Source of the DNA: an uncultured delta proteobacterium
GTDB taxonomy: Bacteria; Myxococcota_A; UBA9160; UBA4427
Assembly (NCBI GenBank): GCA_963822965.1
Contig: CAWGJT010000010.1
Span: 224,001 to 288,000, forward strand
DNA length: 64,000 nt
Reading direction: 5' to 3'
Shown: positions 60,422-64,000 of the stretch, piece by piece
Numbering within the stretch: position 1 is the first letter of the stretch
How the letters are laid out: each line of letters opens with the position of its first letter
Translations under genes and position numbers: made by a program
The notes under the pieces: generated by a model
Database searches by the model: none
What the model was told of the DNA's origin: nothing
Seen by the model: the letters and a program-made list of their open reading frames with translations, nothing else

Positions 60422-61972
60422 TCAGATCTGGGATCTTCCTTCCCAGTACGGGTCGCGGAGCTTCCGCTTGTAGAGCTTGCCGTTGGGGTCTCGCGGCAGC
60501 TCGGGCAGGTAGTCGATGCTCTTCGGCGTCTTGTAGCGGGCAAGTCTCGAGGCGGCCCACTCCAGGATCTCCCGCGTGAGGGCTTCGCCCCCTTCGATCC
60601 CGTCCACGGGCTCGATCACGGCCTTCACCTCCTCGCCCCAGTCGTCGTTGGGGATCCCGAAGACGGCCACGTCCGCGATCTTGGGGTGTTGCATGAGCTC
60701 CGCCTCGATCTCCGCCGGATAGATGTTGGCGCCGCCGGAGATGATCATGTCGGCCTTGCGATCGCGCAGGTAGAGGTAGCCCTCGTCGTCCATCTCCCCG
60801 ACGTCGCCCACCGTGAAGAAGTTGTCGATGCGGTTCTCGCGGGTCTTCTGCTTGGCGTCCTTGTACTCGAAGTCCGCCTGTCCGAGCTTCATGTAGACGG
60901 TGCCGATGTGGCCCGGCCCGAGGATGTTCCGGTTCTCGTCGTAGATCCGGATCTCCGCGTTGGGCCAGGGCCGGCCGACGGTGCCCGGGTGCTTCTTCCA
61001 CTCGTCGGGCTTGGCCAGGGTGCCGCCGCCCTCGGTGGCCGCGTAGTACTCGTAGATCGTGTCTCCCCACCACTCGAGCATCTTCCACTTGGTCTCGACG
61101 GGGCAGGGGGCCGCCGCGTGGACCATGGCGCGCAGCGAGCTCACGTCGTACTTGCGGCGCACCTCCTCGGGAAGCTGCAGCAGGCGGTGGAACTGGGTCG
61201 GCACCATGTGGCTGTGGGTGACCTGGTACTTGTCGATCAGCCGCAGCATCTCCTCGGGCGTCCACTTGTCCATCAGCACCACCGCGTGCCCCATGTGGAA
61301 GGAGGCCGAGCTGAAGACCAGCACCGCCGTGTGGTAGAGGGGCGAGCCGCAGATGTGGACGTTGTCGTCCTCGGGCTTCAGGTCGAACATGGAGAGGAAG
61401 CCCGTCGTCATGGTGCCCACGAGGTCGGGTGAGATGTCGGCCAGCGGTCGCCGCACGCCCTTGGGTCGCCCGGTGGTGCCCGAGGTGTAGTTCATCACCT
61501 GCCCGGCGGTGCGGTTCTCTGGAAGCGTGGTGGGCTGCCCCGCCTTCAGCTCCTCGAAGGGCCGGAAGCCCGGGACCTCGCCCACCGCGAAGAGCGAGGT
61601 CGCGGGCATGGCGGCCTCCTGCGCGGCGGCGCGAGCAGCTCTCGGCGAAGCGCTCGGAAGCCGACGAACACCTTGGCCTCGCTGTCCTGGCAGGATGTAG
61701 GCGATCTCGGGGCCCGTCAGGTGGTGGTTGATCGGGGTCAGGTACATGCCGGGCTGCGTGATCGCGAGGTGCAGCTGGAAGAACTCGGCGCAGTTGGGCA
61801 GCACGGCGGCGACGCAGTCCCCCTTGCCGAGCCCGAGGGCGCGCAGCCCGTGGCTGATGCGGTTCGCCTCGGCGAGCAGCTCGCCGCGCGTCCACTCGCG
61901 GCCGTCCGGCGCCGCGAGGGCGAAGGCGTCCGGGTTGGCTTGCGCGAGGGTCCAGAATCCGAGCTCGGCCAT
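60422..61972 (-). CDS. Acyl-CoA synthetase (FadD family); compensating frameshifts at about 61620-61695
   Basis: YTSGTTGRPKG, PLYHTA, EYYAATEGG, GDVG, DRKADMIISGG and LPRDPNGKLYKR. Confidence 0.92.
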   Translation of the reverse strand: MAELGFWTLAQANPDAFALAAPDGREWTRGELLAEANRISHGLRALGLGKGDCVAAVLPNCAEFFQLHLAITQPGMYLTPINHHLTGPEIAYILPGQRGQGVRRLPSASPRAARAAAQEAAMPATSLFAVGEVPGFRPFEELKAGQPTTLPENRTAGQVMNYTSGTTGRPKGVRRPLADISPDLVGTMTTGFLSMFDLKPEDDNVHICGSPLYHTAVLVFSSASFHMGHAVVLMDKWTPEEMLRLIDKYQVTHSHMVPTQFHRLLQLPEEVRRKYDVSSLRAMVHAAAPCPVETKWKMLEWWGDTIYEYYAATEGGGTLAKPDEWKKHPGTVGRPWPNAEIRIYDENRNILGPGHIGTVYMKLGQADFEYKDAKQKTRENRIDNFFTVGDVGEMDDEGYLYLRDRKADMIISGGANIYPAEIEAELMQHPKIADVAVFGIPNDDWGEEVKAVIEPVDGIEGGEALTREILEWAASRLARYKTPKSIDYLPELPRDPNGKLYKRKLRDPYWEGRSQI

Positions 61973-62021
61973 CGGGGGTCTCCTGTCTCGAGTGGGCGCG
62001 CGAGCCGCGCGGGTCGGAAAC

Positions 62022-62035
62022 TAGAACACGTTGCA
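62022..62035. promoter_or_regulatory. KstR box between divergent acyl-CoA ligase and thioesterase
   Basis: TAGAACACGTTGCA fits TnnAACnnGTTnnA. Confidence 0.85.
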
Positions 62036-62066
62036 GTGCGGCTCGCAAGACCCGTATGCTGCGGGC

Positions 62067-62822
62067 ATGGCCGGTCCGACCCCGTTCGCGACACCCGCTG
62101 CCGACGCACCCGACGAGCCCGCTTCCGCGCCCGGCGCCGTGATCGCCCCCGCGATCGCAATCGGCGCCCGGCTCGAGCTCTCCGAGGAGCTGCGGGTCGA
62201 GTGGCTGCGGCTGGCCGGCGCGTTGCGGGACGCCCTGCACGCGACGGTCGACCTGGATGCGCCACCGGGCCGCTTGCGCGAGCTGGCCGACCGGGCGGCG
62301 CAGCTCGCGACGGACCTCGCGGGCCACGCCGGCGGTCGCACGATCCCCTTGGCCTCCTGCCGGGCGGAGAGCCCGGCGGACGAGGCGCTGGGCGCGCTGC
62401 ATCCGTTCGGTGCGCTCTCGGGCAGCTACAACCCACTGGCCCCGCCCCTGGAGGTCGCTCTGGAGAACGGGCACCTCGCCGCGCGCGTGCGCCTGCGGGA
62501 GGCGTTCCAGGGCGCGCCGGGTCGGGTCCACGGCGGCGTGCTGGCCGCCCTCTTCGACGAGGTGCTCACCCTGGCGACGATCGCGCGCGGCGTCCCGGCC
62601 CGCGTGGAGCAGCTGTCCGTGCGGCACCACGCGCCCGCGACGGTCTCCGAGGAGCTGCGATTCGAGGCGCGTGTGGGTCGCATCCAGAAGCGCCGCGTGC
62701 AGGTCGTCGCGACGTGCACCGCGGGCCGGGTGACGATCGCCGAAGCGGAGGCCCGCTGCCTGCGTCCGGCGCCGGACGAGGGCTGGACGCGGCTGCATCC
62801 CGGGGCGTCCGGCCGCGGCTGA
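62067..62822 (+). CDS. PaaI/THEM4-like thioesterase with N-terminal helical extension
   Basis: SGSYNPLAPPL and FQGAPGRVHGGVLAALFDEVL. Confidence 0.85.
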   Translation: MAGPTPFATPAADAPDEPASAPGAVIAPAIAIGARLELSEELRVEWLRLAGALRDALHATVDLDAPPGRLRELADRAAQLATDLAGHAGGRTIPLASCRAESPADEALGALHPFGALSGSYNPLAPPLEVALENGHLAARVRLREAFQGAPGRVHGGVLAALFDEVLTLATIARGVPARVEQLSVRHHAPATVSEELRFEARVGRIQKRRVQVVATCTAGRVTIAEAEARCLRPAPDEGWTRLHPGASGRG

Positions 62823-62884
62823 ACGCCGCCGGACCCGGCGCCGGGGCCTTCGCGCCGGGCTCCCGGCGGGAGAGCCTCCCGAGG

Positions 62885-64000
62885 CTAGAGAGGCTCCTGG
62901 GCCACCACCCACATGGAGAAGAACTGCGAGCCGCCGCCGTAGGCGTGCCCGAGCGCCCGGCGGGCGTTCGGCACCTGGTGCTCACCGGCCTCGCCGCGCA
63001 CCTGGTTCGCCGCCTCCGCGAACCGCAGCATGCCGGACGCGCCGATCGGGTTCGAGGACAGCACGCCTCCCGACATGTTGACCGGCAGGTCGCCGTCGAG
63101 GGCGGTGGCGCCCTCGTAGGTCATGCGCCAGCCTTCGCCCTCCTTGGCGAAGCCCAGGCTCTCCATCCACATGGGCTCGAACCAGCTGAAGGGGACGTAG
63201 ATCTCGGCGCAGTCGATCTCCTCGCGCGGGTTCGTGATGCCCGTCTTCTTCCACAGCTCCGCGGCGGCGTCCCGGCTGGCCTGGGGATTCACCTGGTCGC
63301 GTCCCGCGAAGGACGTGGCCTCGGAGCGCATCGCGGTGGCCTGGATCCAGGCCGGTCGCTTCGGCGCCTTCGCGGTGTTCTTCTCGTCGGCGATCACCAT
63401 CGCGCACGCGCCGTCCGAGGACGGGCAGGTCTCGAGATAGCGGATCGGGTCCCACAGCATCGGCGAGTTGGCCACCTGGTCGAAGTCGATGTCCGGGAAC
63501 TTGAGGTGTGCGTAGGGATTCTTGAGCGCGTTCGTGCGGTCCTTCACCGCGACCCGGATCCCGACGTCGTCCGGCGCCTTGGAACGCATCATGTAGCCGC
63601 GGATCAGCGGCGCGAAGTAGCCGCCCGCGCCCGCCACGATGGCGGCCCGGAACGGGATCTTGATCGAGAGCGCCCACATGGCGTTCGATTCGGACTGCTT
63701 CTCGTAGGCGACGGTGAGCACGCGCCCGTGGACGCCGGCCTTCACGAGCTGCGACGCCACGATGGCCGTCGTCCCGCCGACGCTGCCGGCGGTGTGGACG
63801 CGGAACATGGGCTTGCCGACGCAGCCGAGCGCCTCCGCCAGGAAGAGCTCGGGCATCATCACGCCCTCGAACATGTCGGGGGCCTTGCCGATCACGACGG
63901 CGTCGATGTCGTGCCAGTCGCACCCGGCGTCCTCGAGGGCGCGGAGGGCGGCTTCGCGGATGAGCCCCACCTGGGAGACGTCGGTCCGCTTGGCGGTGTG
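62885..64000 (-). CDS. ltp3: Thiolase-domain protein (Ltp3-like), 5' end outside the window
   Basis: GKAPDMFEGVMMPELF, RVHTAGSVGG, EKQSESNAMWALS, AGAGGYFAP, ETCPSSDGA and GHAYGGGSQFF. Confidence 0.85.
   Translation of the reverse strand, partial: HTAKRTDVSQVGLIREAALRALEDAGCDWHDIDAVVIGKAPDMFEGVMMPELFLAEALGCVGKPMFRVHTAGSVGGTTAIVASQLVKAGVHGRVLTVAYEKQSESNAMWALSIKIPFRAAIVAGAGGYFAPLIRGYMMRSKAPDDVGIRVAVKDRTNALKNPYAHLKFPDIDFDQVANSPMLWDPIRYLETCPSSDGACAMVIADEKNTAKAPKRPAWIQATAMRSEATSFAGRDQVNPQASRDAAAELWKKTGITNPREEIDCAEIYVPFSWFEPMWMESLGFAKEGEGWRMTYEGATALDGDLPVNMSGGVLSSNPIGASGMLRFAEAANQVRGEAGEHQVPNARRALGHAYGGGSQFFSMWVVAQEPL

Overview
Very GC-rich bacterial chromosomal window with about 60 densely packed CDSs and no rRNA, tRNA, CRISPR array or transposase that I can see. 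A PEP-CTERM-type sorting tail, lipoproteins, a LolA-like/LolCDE-like ABC system with an outer-membrane-type protein, and hemF indicate a diderm (Gram-negative) host; a Myxococcota/deltaproteobacterial affiliation is inference only. Main content: (1) an NHEJ locus with three-domain ligD divergent from ku, and ku followed by an HTH-TPR gene; (2) a Lol-like ABC operon; (3) a hydrolase / 2-hydroxyacyl-CoA-lyase-like / family III CoA-transferase operon; (4) scattered housekeeping and lipid genes (SMUG1-type UDG, serC, hemF, rsmE, cyclophilin, kshB-like reductase, a SMPD2/Isc1-like sphingomyelinase); (5) a MarR-linked methyltransferase / DUF455 di-iron / ATP-grasp cassette; (6) from 51.9 kb to the end, an actinobacterial-type sterol side-chain degradation cluster (kstR, chsH2, chsH1, ltp2, fadA5, hsd4A, fadE27, fadE26, fdxD, an acyl-CoA ligase, ltp3) with four exact KstR boxes. 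Non-coding highlights are two MITE-like long hairpins (21239-21397 and 29697-29872) with unrelated terminal repeats but the same apical core, both abutting stop codons, plus many short tandem repeats at gene ends. Many single-base frameshifts are probably long-read errors. All family assignments come from motif recognition by eye and recalled reference sequences, not from database searches.
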